Source: Xylographa opegraphella
Lineage: Eukaryota
DNA: 64,000 nucleotides
Assembly: GCA_022813865.1 (NCBI GenBank)
Contig: JALDZX010000008.1
Location: 310,001 to 374,000 of the forward strand
Direction: 5' to 3'
Shown: positions 1-12,321 of the stretch, in pieces
How positions within the stretch are numbered: the stretch's first letter is position 1
Layout of the letters: every line of letters starts with the position of its first letter
Notes under the pieces: model-generated
What the model was told of the DNA's origin: nothing
The model's database searches: none
What the model saw: only the letters and a program-made list of their open reading frames with translations
Made by a program: the position numbers and the translations under genes

Positions 1-383
1 GGATTTAATGAGTGTCAGTGCGGAAACATACGCCGCCTTTCGTCGCCGCCGACGAGGCTACGAGTCCGGGAGTCATAGCGCTGGACACTATCAACCTGAT
101 ATAGTTGATGGTAACGAATTCTCTAAACGGATAAGCATCATCTTAGAGTATAAAAGAGAAGAAATCCGTCCCTGTAAGGCCTGTAAGGTTGGAACGACAA
201 GACAGCGCAACCAGGGATGATATCAAAACTACAAGAAAAATCGACAAACAGACACAATAAATGAAGAAGAGTAAGGAATTAGTCATGTGGTATCTAGGAC
301 ACATGTTAGGGCCCACCAGGTCTCAGCTTTCACAATGTTCTAGCTTTGCGTTCAAGCTCTAGTAAGATTGAACTTGTTGCTCG

Positions 384-1768
384 TTAGCTAGCAGTATGCG
401 GCATAGATGTAGTGTCTTTCTCAGCCCCTTTTGCCCTCTTCACACGGAAGACCTGCTTCAGCTTCCTTATTTTAGCCCATCGTTCTTGGTCGTGAGCGTC
501 TCGTAAAGACTTATCAAGATGTGTGTTAGCACTGCTTGGGCTTCCAGTGTTTGTCTGGAGTTCGTTGTCCGAAAAATCGTTCAAGGTATGTCGAGTGTTT
601 TGAACCACCTTCGCCAAGATTTCCCATCCAGCAAGTCCAGTAGAATCGGGAGAAACCCCTTGTGGAACCACATCACCATTTTGAGATGATACATTTACCC
701 ATGGACAATAGAGGCGGTGCTCTTCAATCAAATCAAGGTGACTCATAATTGGTTCCTTTACCTCGAATGAGCCATTGGTATTTTCCTTAGGTAAGTATAA
801 CCACAAGCCAAGTCTACGAAAACATGCATTACATGTAGCTATTTTCAAGTCATGCTCTGTCTCGGCCTGCCAACCAAAGAGCGCTAGCATAAGAGCTTCC
901 TTATTAAGTATCAGATTGTCTGGTAAATTTGCGGTGCCCAGCGGCTGCTGTAAGAATGAGATGAATTGCTTCGAAAGGTCATCCAAAGGCAAGCTAGCCG
1001 GAGCTCTGACAGAGGTAGGAAGTCGAATCTTCAGTCTCGCGAAAGACTCGTACCGTGTACGTAGAGCTTCGAGAGTTGTTGCTGGGTGAGTTAAGTTCAG
1101 ACGTTGTATAGTGGCTTGAAAGAACATATCGATTAGCATATGAATATTGATCGGTTTCAGAACAACGTACCATCACAGCCTCTTCTTCGCCACAGGCAAC
1201 CCTCGTCATGTGCTGTAATAATCATTGATGCATATTGTTCGACTAGGTCAGTTTGTGCGTTGCTTCTCCAGTCTTCTCCACCAGATGCAACCTCATCATC
1301 GCCATTGCAATCGGCGGGTTCATCCGGCTCCAATATCATGACAAGCTCTCTCCGACACGCCGAGCATGCCACTCTATCTTTACCTACACATATCCATCCC
1401 CTCCGGGCCCATTGAACTTCGTTGACCTTATCAGGCTTGGTCATCCACAAATATGGAGTCCGGAATGTCTCTAGGCGACGGAGAAAGTCTTCACGATCCC
1501 ATGGAGTGAATGGTGGTCGCTTTTTCAAAGGTGTCGTTTGGTCAGAAGAACTCTTTATAGGTTCCGAGGATTCTGTCTGTGTTGTAGAGGTCGCGTACAC
1601 ACTCGCAGGACGTACGATACGGGCCTTTTTAGCTGGGTATTGTGTCAAGGTGGTTGCGGAGCCATTTTCATTTTGAGGCTTTGGGGTTAGTGATGTGGTG
1701 GAGCTATTGGATATTGAGTCAAGTATTCTGTGAAACTTGCGTTTTGTGGTGCTGAGGGCATAAGCCAT
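384..1768 (-). CDS. C3HC zinc-finger / Rsm1-like (NIPA/Pml39 family) protein, 2 exons
   Basis: Exon 1 has PWDREDFLRRLETF...WARRGW...C..C...H...C.W (zf-C3HC). Exon 2 has LALFGW...CNACFRRLGLW...EH..YCPW (Rsm1-like). GTACGT...GCTAAT...AAG intron at about 1169-1116. Confidence 0.85.
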
Positions 1769-2007
1769 TTTCAAAAATATATAGAGAAAGTGATGTAGAA
1801 GGTCGTTCTGTTGACATGAGACAAGTGTCGTTCAAAGCTATTCGATGCTTACCTAACACGGGCACATTCACATTGCAAGTCAACAGCGTATCAGCTTCCC
1901 AAAGGCGGTACACCTCCACCAGAACAAATCAGATAAGGTGTGCAGGTTTGAATGCCATATAGGTTTGAATAATACTTTCTACTCTACCCAGAACACTTTC
2001 AATTCCT

Positions 2008-3267
2008 ATGAATGAAGACCGAACTATCCGGCCATATCTCAAAAGAAGACTGTCAATTCTTCTGATCATTTCTATCGGAGTCCTGGCTTTGAGCATAGCA
2101 TTACGCTCTATTGATCGTGCGCGCTTAATATACTCTCACTTGCCAAACCAAAACCCGAGACAATTGGTTTCTTTGAGTAAGTCTGCTGCAATGTCATATT
2201 CCAAGGAACTACGTATCGCTTCTTTAGCAGTCCAACGAGCCACCATACTCACTCAAAAAGTCTTCCATGAGAAAGTCAAGGGTACGCTATCGAAAGATGA
2301 CAAGTCCCCGGTTACGATTGGAGATTTTGGTGCTCAGGCTTTGATCATACAAGCCATCAAATACAATTTTCCTGAGGATGAGGTTGTCGGGGAGGAGGAG
2401 GCCTCGACATTGCGTGAGAAGCCGGATCTCACCCAGCAAATCTGGGAACTCGTAAAGCCAACCAAATTAGGCATAGATAAGGAAGACAGTGAGGTAGAGA
2501 AAGAGCTTGGAGGACCACTTCAAAGCCCAGATCAGATGTTAAACGCCATCGACGCGGGTAACAGTGCTGGGGGCGCGAAAGGACGATTTTGGGCATTGGA
2601 TCCTATTGACGGGACGAAAGGTTTCCTTCGAGGCGGACAATACGCAGTATGCTTAGCATTGATTGTGGATGGTGAGGTGAAAGTTGGTGTCTTAGGTTGT
2701 CCTAATCTACCAGTCGATGATAAAGCACCGCTGTCAGCAGATATCAGCGATGCCGGCGCGGAGAAGCATCAAAGAGGAGTCTTGTTCTCTGCAGTTCATG
2801 GACAAGGAGCTACTAGCCAACCACTTGGGACGGATGATCTTCTGCCTCATCAATCAATTCATATGAAGACTCCAAGCATCAGGGAAGCAACCTTCTGCGA
2901 GAGTGTTGAAGCAGGGCATTCGTCACATAACGACCAGGCTATGATTGCAGAAAAGCTCGGTATCACCAAGCCAAGCGTAAGAATGGATTCGCAAGCTAAA
3001 TATGGGTCTGTAGCACGCGGAGCTGGTGACCTATATCTGAGATTGCCAGTGAGCGCTACGTACGTTGAGAAGATCTGGGACCATGCAGCAGGATGTCTGA
3101 TCGTTGCAGAGGCCGGCGGTGTTGTCACCGATGCTGAGGGAAAGGACGTAGACTTCGGCCAGGGTAGGACACTGGCGAAAAATAAGGGCATTGTGGCTAC
3201 GCCCAAATCTTTACACGAAGAGGTGATAGGTGTGGTGAAAAGTGTATTGAGCGCAAAACAAACTTGA
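2008..3267 (+). CDS. MET22: 3'(2'),5'-bisphosphate nucleotidase (HAL2/MET22 family)
   Basis: KDDKSPVTIGDF, VVGEE, WALDPIDGTKGFLRGGQYA and EKIWDHAAG motifs. The conserved core starts at the ATG at 2191 (MSYSKEL). Confidence 0.95.
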   Translation: MNEDRTIRPYLKRRLSILLIISIGVLALSIALRSIDRARLIYSHLPNQNPRQLVSLSKSAAMSYSKELRIASLAVQRATILTQKVFHEKVKGTLSKDDKSPVTIGDFGAQALIIQAIKYNFPEDEVVGEEEASTLREKPDLTQQIWELVKPTKLGIDKEDSEVEKELGGPLQSPDQMLNAIDAGNSAGGAKGRFWALDPIDGTKGFLRGGQYAVCLALIVDGEVKVGVLGCPNLPVDDKAPLSADISDAGAEKHQRGVLFSAVHGQGATSQPLGTDDLLPHQSIHMKTPSIREATFCESVEAGHSSHNDQAMIAEKLGITKPSVRMDSQAKYGSVARGAGDLYLRLPVSATYVEKIWDHAAGCLIVAEAGGVVTDAEGKDVDFGQGRTLAKNKGIVATPKSLHEEVIGVVKSVLSAKQT

Positions 3268-3345
3268 TAACTCTGAATCGCTTATAGAAAATATATCTTC
3301 TGTATCGGAGGTGAAAGATCAAAAGCCAACAGACTTTTTAGCCGT

Positions 3346-4196
3346 CTATTTGATTTTCTTCGCCTTTAATCGGATAGTCTCTCCATTCACAAAGATTCCT
3401 TTACCCTTATAAGGTTCAGGCTTCCTCCACATTCTAATCTCCGCAGCGAACTGGTTGACAGCCTCCTTATCTGTCCCCTCCAGCAGTATGCGAGTTGGCT
3501 GGGGAGTACTGGCTTTCACACCTTGAGGCAGCCCAAGCTCAATTGGATGTGAGTAGCCGACTTTTAATGACACGTACTGCTGCCCAGGATATTCAGGTTT
3601 GACGGTCGTAGCTGTAGGTTCAACAGAAGCTCGAAAGCCAACGCCAATAAGGCGTAAGATCGCGTTGTGGCCCTCTGAAACGCCAAGGACATGATTCTGC
3701 AAATAGGCGCGCGTTGTCCCTACAACTGATTAGTTATTGCTTCTTCCTGATGATATCTTGCTCACCCCACATCTCCCTATGCTTCCGCTCTTTACGATCC
3801 GGTATCTTCAGAGTAGCTTTCCGGGTCTCTAAGTTCTGATCTAAGGTCATATATGTAGGAAGTGCCATTGACATCTTGCCTGCTGAATGTCAGTCGGAGA
3901 AATAAGCGACTCGTAGTAGGCAATGTACCCAATGGTCCTTCTACTTCAATGATCCTAGGCGGCTCCACTCTACTGACGACTTTTCGTCTCGACGGGGGCT
4001 CAAGAAGGCGTAGATTCACCTCTGCCGGAATAGAGACGGGAGCATTGCCTATGCGGGATCGGCAGTGCGAGGAGCATGAAAAAGGTCGAGCCGCCGATGT
4101 CCTGACAAAAGCTGGGGTCAAAAAGTCTAGCAGAACAGACGGCCTCGCGGCATCTGTTAGTCGAGCGTAAGTTGCCTTGCTCGTTGAAGATAGCAT
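3346..4196 (-). CDS. MRPL6: Mitochondrial 54S ribosomal protein L6 (uL6m), spliced
   Basis: SRIGNAPV, VEGPLG, LIGVGFRA, KVGYSHP and WRKPEPYKGKGIF motifs; presequence-like N-terminus. Confidence 0.93.
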
Positions 4197-5043
4197 TTTT
4201 GTCGTTAATATTGTGAAGAAAATGTCTACAGTAGGTAGGTATACTCCCTAACTTGGAGCTTGGTTGCATGCCAAGACATAAAACTAAGGTAGTCTGTCCC
4301 GAACTTAGGAGTTTTCCCGGGGTTGTGCACGGCCCGCTCTTAGTGCACACCTATTAGACCACTGGTTGTTCGGTCCTTTTACTCCCTTCGATCATTCGAC
4401 GTACGGCCTTGGCCAACGGGGCTTCGTTAACATGACTCAAGTTATCGATGAACGAACTCAAAACAGGGTTATAAATTTACAGCCAATGCAAGCATAGAAA
4501 ATAAGTGTCACGGACCACCAAGCACCATGACAGGGTAAGGCCAGAAGGGGTCCGGGGGAACCAGCGCCCGAAGTGCCAATACATTCTTAGTGATTTCAGT
4601 GCTCTCGATGAGAATACTAAGAAGGCTATGACGATACGAATAGAATGGCTATATAGGCAGGCCAGAAGTACTGGAGATTCTGGCGTGCTCAATTCATGTA
4701 TCGCAAGCAATAGCTAGTTCTACAGATAGACAACCCCTTCACCTTTACTCTCTCTATCTCTCACAAGACATATACGCGATAGCTGCCACTATTCCACCAC
4801 CTGTCTGATTCACGCGACGACGTAGCCAAATTTAGCTAATCAATGTGTTTTTAAAATTGGCAAAATTCGTCGAGGCATGGGCTTGACATAGGTTTTAACG
4901 AAAATTTCTATTCCGTCAAGGACCTATCTAAAGGCAAAGCTTTAAGGGCATTTAAGGACGGGCGTGGCCTATGCAAATAGTTAGTAGATTAGCTAAGATC
5001 ATATGCATTTAGTTCTACAATAGTTTCACCAGCTTTTATACCG

Positions 5044-5140
5044 AAACTCAGTTGGTATGGTCTTTCTCTCATTTTCCCGCTCCTGAGGTCGCGCACCCTT
5101 CTTGATACACCGCAATTGTGATTGATGCACTCATCAAATC
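5044..5140 (-). ncRNA. Candidate intronic box C/D snoRNA
   Basis: Minus strand has TGATGA (5136-5131) and CTGA (5051-5048). About 60 nt further on is a perfect TACTAAC (4986-4980) and a TAG acceptor (4971-4969), with no coding host. Target not identified. Confidence 0.3.
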
Positions 5141-5510
5141 AGTGGTCTGTGTAGCCTTTCGAAGTACCATTGTCGACTGTGTGAGTAACATGACGTTCTT
5201 CGAAATGTTATGTGCTCAATAGGTCGAATCTCTACATAGTTGTCGATCGTGGACTCCGGAGTTTTCATTGGAAGGCGCTCTACCTACTGAGGATGCAACT
5301 GTGAAGCACTGAGGATTCGCCGAAGTATATCAGAGAGCTCTTTCGTTCTCAGATCCTGTATTCCTTCTTCTAAGACTCTAAGTCTTCAAGTCGCGTCCAT
5401 TTATGTTGACTTCTTTCATTTACGATTACGGACATCTTGACGATCAATCAGTATAAACCTGTGCTATTCCTCATCTTTGTCTTCCAAAACCCACGGATAT
5501 TTGTCTGAGG

Positions 5511-7617
5511 ATGTTCAAGACGAAGAACTTTCAATATCTCGCTTGTGACATGTGGATGTTCAGAAATGCGGCCGTCATCATGATCACTCTGACATCCCTT
5601 ACAACGCCATCAAAAGCAACCAGCTTATGGCCAAAAACAGCGAGTCAGCAATTTCTATCCTGGCCAATAATTAGATCCACTATGGACGTCTAACGAGCTT
5701 TTAGAGTCATCTCCAATACCTATGGAATCTGTCGAAGCTTCCAATGGTATCATCGGATTTGTTGGACTACCTGTCCTCGGTCATTCCGAGGTTTTTTCTC
5801 AAGCTCTCGAGCTATTGACTTCTTTGCAAGCGGCTCCTTCCTGCAACCGACTCGCAACGTCACGGCTTTTGACAGGCTGTCAATCACTAGAAAGCACGTC
5901 TCCAGAGGTTGAAATAACTCTTGACGATATGAGATCCACGTATGCTGCGCAGCTTGCACTGTGCGAGCTGCAGAGTGCTGGAGCTCAGATTCCTCCACAC
6001 TGCGGAACTAACTTCCTATCAAATACTAATGATGCCTCCAAGAAGTACGATCGCCATTACAGCCAGAAATTGAGACAGTGTCTCAGTTCACTCGAATCTC
6101 GGCCCCAGTGGTGGACAAGCTATAGCAACAACAAACAAAACGCTGTCGTTTTATGCCAAGCAGCGCGCGTAGAGATCGAAAAAGGCAAGTTCACCCTCAT
6201 GCTATTGGCTGAGTATGCTTACACGGGTACAGACGACTTGATAAAACTACACAGGTCAATGGCCCAATCAAGTTCAAAGATGGAAGCTGTTTTAATACAA
6301 ACAATGAAGGACGTTAGCCACCAACTTGTTCAACAGCGTGAATTTGCGACTGCTCTTGAGTCCTTTCAGCAAAAATTACTCCTGGATCTCGAATCTACGA
6401 AGATTCAAGGTCAATCTCACCTGACTCGATTGATGAAGGATGTTTCTTCAGCTACGCAGACCTTAGTGACCAGAATTACTTCCGTAACGTCAATCTTTGA
6501 AGGGAACATGGTCAAGCTTGCCGATGTAAGGTTGCTCCCGGGAACCCTTTCAATTCAAGGGTCTAACTTATCTCCACAGGTCCTTCAAAAGACCAAGAAT
6601 GATGCGGTCAATCTAGACCAGACTGTTGGAGAAGCATTTCGGCAAGCAGCTCAAGGAGCCTCAGAGCTCACAGAAGCGCAGACGAAGCAATGGGACAATA
6701 ATCATGGTCTTGCAGTTCGACTGCAGACTTCTCTGGAATCTATTAACAGTCAAGGCATCCATGAGCTTCTCGGTACCTTGAGTAATATTCAGAATCAGCT
6801 GGTAAATTGTACGGCAATGCAAGGCTGAACCCATGAACTGATTGATCTCAGCAAAGCACAAACCATCTTATAGTTGTAATGCACAGTAGGCAGAATGAAC
6901 TGAGCACCGTAAATCTTCTCCTTCAGCTACACTTCTTGGCTGACATAGGCATAGCGATTGAACAATCTGGATAGGTCATTTGAAAGTCTCGAATCCAAAG
7001 CCCAAACGCTCTCAGCTCTTCAAACAGCACAGGCAGAAGTTCAGCTTCACCTATACAAACAAACGCAGGTCAGCATGCAAACGACAAGTGAGAGGCTGGC
7101 GGTCATCGACGCTTCAGCTTCAAGTATCGGCACCAAGATCGGCAACCTATCCTCAATGCTAGCACAGCTTTCAAATGTTTTTACACTTCTCGGCTCTATA
7201 TCACGCTATTGGTGGCAAGTCCTATTATTCATTGTGGCCGCCTGGTTTAGCCGTCGACTTGCTGCATTGAGTGCAACATCATTAGGCAAGTTCAAATTTC
7301 TTGTGACCTGCTATGTCTAACAATCACTAGTCTTCTATCATAGTATCTTCAAGTTACAGGACATTCTCCCTAATGAAACGATCCTCATACACCATGCATC
7401 AGGCCTTCAAGTGCCACTATCAACAATCATTACAGTCACTGGATTTCTTACCCTGTCCTTGATTCTCTACGGCACAGTCAAGCGCGTCCGTAGTATGGCA
7501 GCATTGAAGGATGCACGCAGCGGACCATGGCAATGCTTCTCCAGCTTCGCCAATTCCAGGGTTCCTTCTCACTTCTGGACGGCCTCTGATTGGATCGTCT
7601 TCGATACTGAGCGCTGA
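5511..7617 (+). CDS. KAR5: Nuclear fusion protein Kar5/Tht1-like, multi-exon
   Basis: Signal-like N-terminus; Cys-rich domain (C..LA...L...C, YAAQLALCEL, CLSSLESRPQWWTSYSNN.QNAVVLC); coiled coils; C-terminal TM segments. Confidence 0.85.
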
Positions 7618-8084
7618 ACGTATGATGAAACTACAAAGATATTCGTCCATCACATATTCCTTAGCTATCGCGTATCCGGTCTCACTGCGGAACTGGCAGT
7701 TACCATTTACACACTATTTCTTGGTCCCATCAACCTATCTATTTGCATCATAGCTTATATTGAAGAGCCACACGGGGTGCTGTGGGAGTGATATGGAGAG
7801 TTAAAATATGCTTATTACTTTGATGAGCGCTGCATAGCTTTTACTAGCCATATCTAACGACTTAATGGCTTACGATGGCTTATTTTTGGACGAGGAGCGT
7901 GCATGGTCGGGTAAATAGCTAGCAATATTGACTCGATTCAGACCCATTGCATCATATTGGAACTATTACAAGTGAATGGAACATGATAGTGATGCTAAAA
8001 ATGCTGTGATAATATGCACATAGATGGCCTGTTTCCCTTGGACAAAGCTGATTTTGTCTCCATACACACGTCGGAAAGCGGAAT

Positions 8085-10175
8085 CTAGCTCCTCAACGCC
8101 TCGATATCGACGATCTGATACCCACGAACGTTACTTACAATCCGGACAGTAAAGAGCTTGTCCACACGTACCTCTTTTACCGCCTCCGTAGTCAACACGT
8201 AGGGGCCATCTTCTTGCACGACGATGCTGTCCTCGATGCGGATGCCCATGCCCCGGAAGTGCTTCGGCCAGCGATCGTTGTTAGGGACGTAGATCCCTCT
8301 GAAAGGCATATGATTAGTATGAACTGTAGCAATTGGGCCGGGAAGCAGGAAATCGAAACAAAAATAGTGAGAGATTATGAGAGATAGTAAGTGGTCAAGG
8401 AGAGCTTACGGCTCCACCGTGACACAATGGCCTGGCTTCAGGATCTCCTTGCGCGAATAGCCGGGTGTATCATGTACGTCGAGACCAATGTAGTGGCTTA
8501 GATGGTGGGGAAAGAGGACCTCCATGGCCTGAAACGGAATTTTGTGTCAGCTGGCTACTATTCTACGTGGAGGACTGGCAGGGAAGGCTCACGTTTCCGG
8601 AAATGTCGAATCCGAGATCAGCCAGGCTCACTTTAAGCGCCCGCTCAGCGATTGCATGTAGATTGTCGAGTGTCATGTTGGCGCTGGCTCGACATAACGA
8701 TACGCAAGTGCGCTGGACCCCCAGGATGGCGTTGTAGAGGTCTGCTTGGGACTTTGTAAATCTTGACGATGGTGGGAACGTGCGCGTTATGTCCGTGATG
8801 TAATTTCCAAATTCCTGAGCAGCGGTGAGCATGGTCACTTTATAAACCAATGGAAATGTATTGATGTATACTCCTCCAGCATCGACCAGAACGAGATTAC
8901 CCTCTCTGAGAACTTTTAGCGGGTGAAAGACATCGATGAGCGAATGTAGCTGACCTTAGGATGTCATCGTTGCGAACATAGTGTATGCTCAACGCGTGCT
9001 GTAAATGTTAATGTGCTTCTGCCTAAACGGTCGAGAAAAAGGCTACCTCTCCTCCTGCTATCACCGGTACATATGCCGACCCATCGCAGCCACGTCTTTT
9101 GAACTCGTACTCCAAGTAGTTCCCCAGATCTTTCTCTCGGGTCCATTCTTGCCGCATGACATCTGTGAACGCCCGTCCCGAATCTTGGCCAGCTTTTCGC
9201 ATATTGGATACCTCGGCATCGCTTTTGAAGGCTCTGATGTCATTGATGAGAGGCTTTAACGGCTGTACCTTGCTTGCCTTTAGAAGCTTTGCAAATCCTT
9301 CAGATTTAGAGGCTGGACTGGAGAAGAAGCGAGAGAAGACCGTTGTTGGGGACTCCTTGAGGGGGATGTCGGTATAGACTGAGGAAGCTGATGATACGAT
9401 AGGGGAAAGGATGCTTGTGAGGCTGTTGATATCTCCAGTCTGAGAATGATAAGTATCCTTCGAACGCGTTGTGTATTAATGTCCATACCTCATCGGCGTT
9501 GAAAACATCCTCCGCCGCTTCCAGTCCTGACCTTGCCCCTTCCCATTGCTCTGCTTTAGAGTCTTTCGGTCGCACGTACAGATGGAATATATGCTCGTCT
9601 TTTTCTTGACCCTTAGCTAGAAATAGTAAGCATCCGAATCCATTTCGAACAACGGCAGGTGAAGTCTACCTATCACGGCAAGCGCCTCGGGTTCGTTGAA
9701 TCCTGTCCGATTTAGCAATGTACCCGGTGATTTTCTGTTGCACTTACCTGTCAAGTAGAAGAAATTTGACTCCTGGTGGAACTCATAAAAAACAGCTCCC
9801 GATCTATACTTCACTTCTGCGGAAGCCAGTACTGCAATCGCGTTGTCCGGGAGTTTAGAGGCAAGCTTTGACCGGCGTTGAGCATATTCAAGAGCGCTGA
9901 TACCAGGAGTGACTGGGACACCTTATCTCAATTGAAATACTCGGACGGGGAGGCTTCCAGAACTTACGCTCGCCAGCCCTCAACAAATGTGGATGTGTCT
10001 CGTGGATTGGTTGTCCAAACTGGAGCTCCGCTGCTGCAACCGAGCTGTAGAACTTGCTTTGGTTCAACGGCGGCAGCGCAAGATGCCTGCAGACTGTGAA
10101 CCGCACAGGATTCTGTCCAGATTGAAGCCCATGCGGCAACTTACGCTGTTGGCAAAAACGAAGGCAACTTTTCAT
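8085..10175 (-). CDS. ICP55: Mitochondrial Xaa-Pro aminopeptidase (M24B; intermediate cleaving peptidase 55), multi-exon
   Basis: FGQPIHETHPHLL, FHQESNFFYLTG, WEGARSG, YITDITRTFP, HYIGLDVHD and GIRIEDS motifs across exons. Confidence 0.92.
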
Positions 10176-10400
10176 AGTTACGCGGAGGCCTGTTTGTCAT
10201 GAAAGAGATGCATGTCACAGCAGCTCGAGTCCCTTGATCTCGCCAACCCAACGTCATCTCGCGCCTCGCGCCACAAAAGAACACTGCCTGAGGTTGATAT
10301 CCACCCACCATGGAGTGTTCCATACATGCACTGCAGCTCCAGTATTCGCATTTTGTACCGTACGAGTGCTCTTCCCACCTCCATCAGGCTCAAGCGTAAT

Positions 10401-11440
10401 ATGGCCCATACAGCCAAGCCTGCAATTCCTTCAGCCGACCTCGAGTCCTTTTCCACACATCTCAACTCCTCGACTAAAATACTGGCACTTTTGGGAGCTG
10501 GACTTTCGGCTTCTTCTGGTTTGCCCACCTTTCGTGGCGTGGGAGGATTATGGCGAAATCACGATGCCACCATGCTCGCAACACCAGAAGCTTTCGATGC
10601 GGATCCGGGGTTGGTGTGGCAATTCTACAGCTACAGGAGGCATATGGCTTTGGAAGCCAAGCCCAACAAAGCTCATTACGCACTGGCAGAGCTGGCTAAG
10701 AAGCGGGCAAACTTCATAACTCTGAGCCAAAACGTTGATGGTATATCTCGAGTGCCAATTTCTGAGGTTGACTTTGGAGGTCGCTAAGCAGTGGCTTAGG
10801 ACTAAGTCCACGAGCGGGTCATCCTGCATCGCAGCTGCATCTGCTACACGGCTCGCTTTTCGATATTCGATGTACTGCATTCTATTGCGACTACTCGGAG
10901 AAGGATAACTTCACGGACCCGATCGCGCCCTGTCTTGCTATCCCTCGCAAGGGTCCACAACCTGAGCCTGCAAGTACAGACAAAACGGGCGCCGAAGCAG
11001 CAAGCTCATTGTATGCCGCCATGAAACTCCCGGGAAGCCAGCAGGGTGAAGTCGACATTTCGAACGACAGGGTGCCACTCCCGCAAATCAATCCGGAAGA
11101 TCTCCCACGCTGCCCAAAGTGCAAGAGTGGGCTTCTCCGTCCGGGTGTGGTGTGGTTTGGCGAGGCGCTTCCGAAAGACACGCTTGAGGCCGTTGACAAT
11201 TTCATTGCTACGTCGGACAAGATTGATCTCATAATGGTTATTGGTACCAGCGCGAGAGTGTATCCCGCAGCCGGATATGTGGAAATCGCAAGACAGAAAG
11301 GTGCAAAAGTAGCCGTGATCAACACCGACCGAGCCGATACGCCCAAACTCCAGAATGGATTACCATGCGATTGGATCTTCGAGGGCGATGCAGGTACTCT
11401 TGTGCCAGAGCTGCTGCGATCAGTAGTTGGGGACGTCTGA
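10401..11440 (+). CDS. Class III (SIRT5/CobB-like) NAD-dependent protein deacylase, 2 exons
   Basis: GAGLSASSGLPTFRG, WQFYSYRR (Y..R succinyl-binding motif), SQNVD, HGSLF, LRPGVVWFGE and GTSARVYPAA. An upstream in-frame start at 10212 is possible. Confidence 0.92.
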
Positions 11441-12201
11441 TTTTACATGGCTGTTTTAACTGTACGTGGCATAAGTTGATGCACGATCTAGCCGTCTGTC
11501 TTTTCCAACGGGAGTTCGAGGCTCTGCATGGGGGACAATCGGAATACGTGAATCTATACAATTGGGAGAAAGGCTTCCAGGCTGAACAGGCAGGCATGAG
11601 ATGGTATAATAGGCACCGAGGCACGGATGAATTGAGGCACGCATCTGATCTTGGTGCATTGGCTCCCTATTGGTTACGCCTGTGAGTTGCGCGTCGATGC
11701 GCCTTATTTAGGAAGCCCATTAAAGCGACCGCTGCGGAGACGGCACACGTTTGACGGATAACCTCAGCGCCAAGCATGGGGGGATACATGAACGATGATT
11801 CAGATATGTCGGCCTACATTTGGCGCTTTGCCGCAAAAACTGCTTTATTGTATTCGTTCCTTTCGTTCCTGTGTGAGCTTGCCACTGGTGCTCTGGACGT
11901 CGTCCCGCTTGCATATGCCTTACCACGATGGCCAGTTTGTGGGGTTGGCGGGGTAGGGCTAGTGGCCGACTTCCCTTGGCGGCTCGTGCTCCGGCATTGT
12001 CTCTTGTGCATCGATGTCATTCCTTTCGCCCACGGCTGCAGCTGGTGGGTGTTATATGTTCCACTATCTCCCGCACCGGACTGTCGTCGACTCTGCAAAG
12101 ACGGGGTCAACTCCAAGATCATACGCAAGGTGTCCAACGTAGGGCGGGCAGTCTCCGTCGACCAATCACGTTCTGCCGAGCACGAAGGCTTCTGGATCAC
12201 T

Positions 12202-12249
12202 CGGGGTAAGTCGGGCACTGCTTCACGCATGGTGCCCCGAATCTGTCCG
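12202..12249. promoter_or_regulatory. Two CCG-N7-CCG motifs (AcuK/AcuM-type gluconeogenic Zn2Cys6 sites) upstream of PEPCK
   Basis: CGGggtaagtCGG at 12202-12214 and CCGaatctgtCCG at 12237-12249, within about 120 bp of the PEPCK ATG. Confidence 0.6.
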
Positions 12250-12321
12250 CACATGTCTTGGAATTGGAGTATAACTACCGAGGGCTAAGCATGTGCCAGC
12301 GTTCGAACAAATATCACCGTG

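Noticed and set aside
4460..4476. Telomerase RNA template (TAACCCT on minus)
   Set aside because: Covers only about one repeat with no alignment region and no recognisable pseudoknot.
5130..5180. U3 snoRNA (GTCGAC...TACTTC, GATGAG)
   Set aside because: The box A sequence GGATCATTTCT is absent.
11776..12288. Overlapping 146-170 aa ORFs upstream of PEPCK
   Set aside because: No recognisable motifs; GC-rich promoter region.
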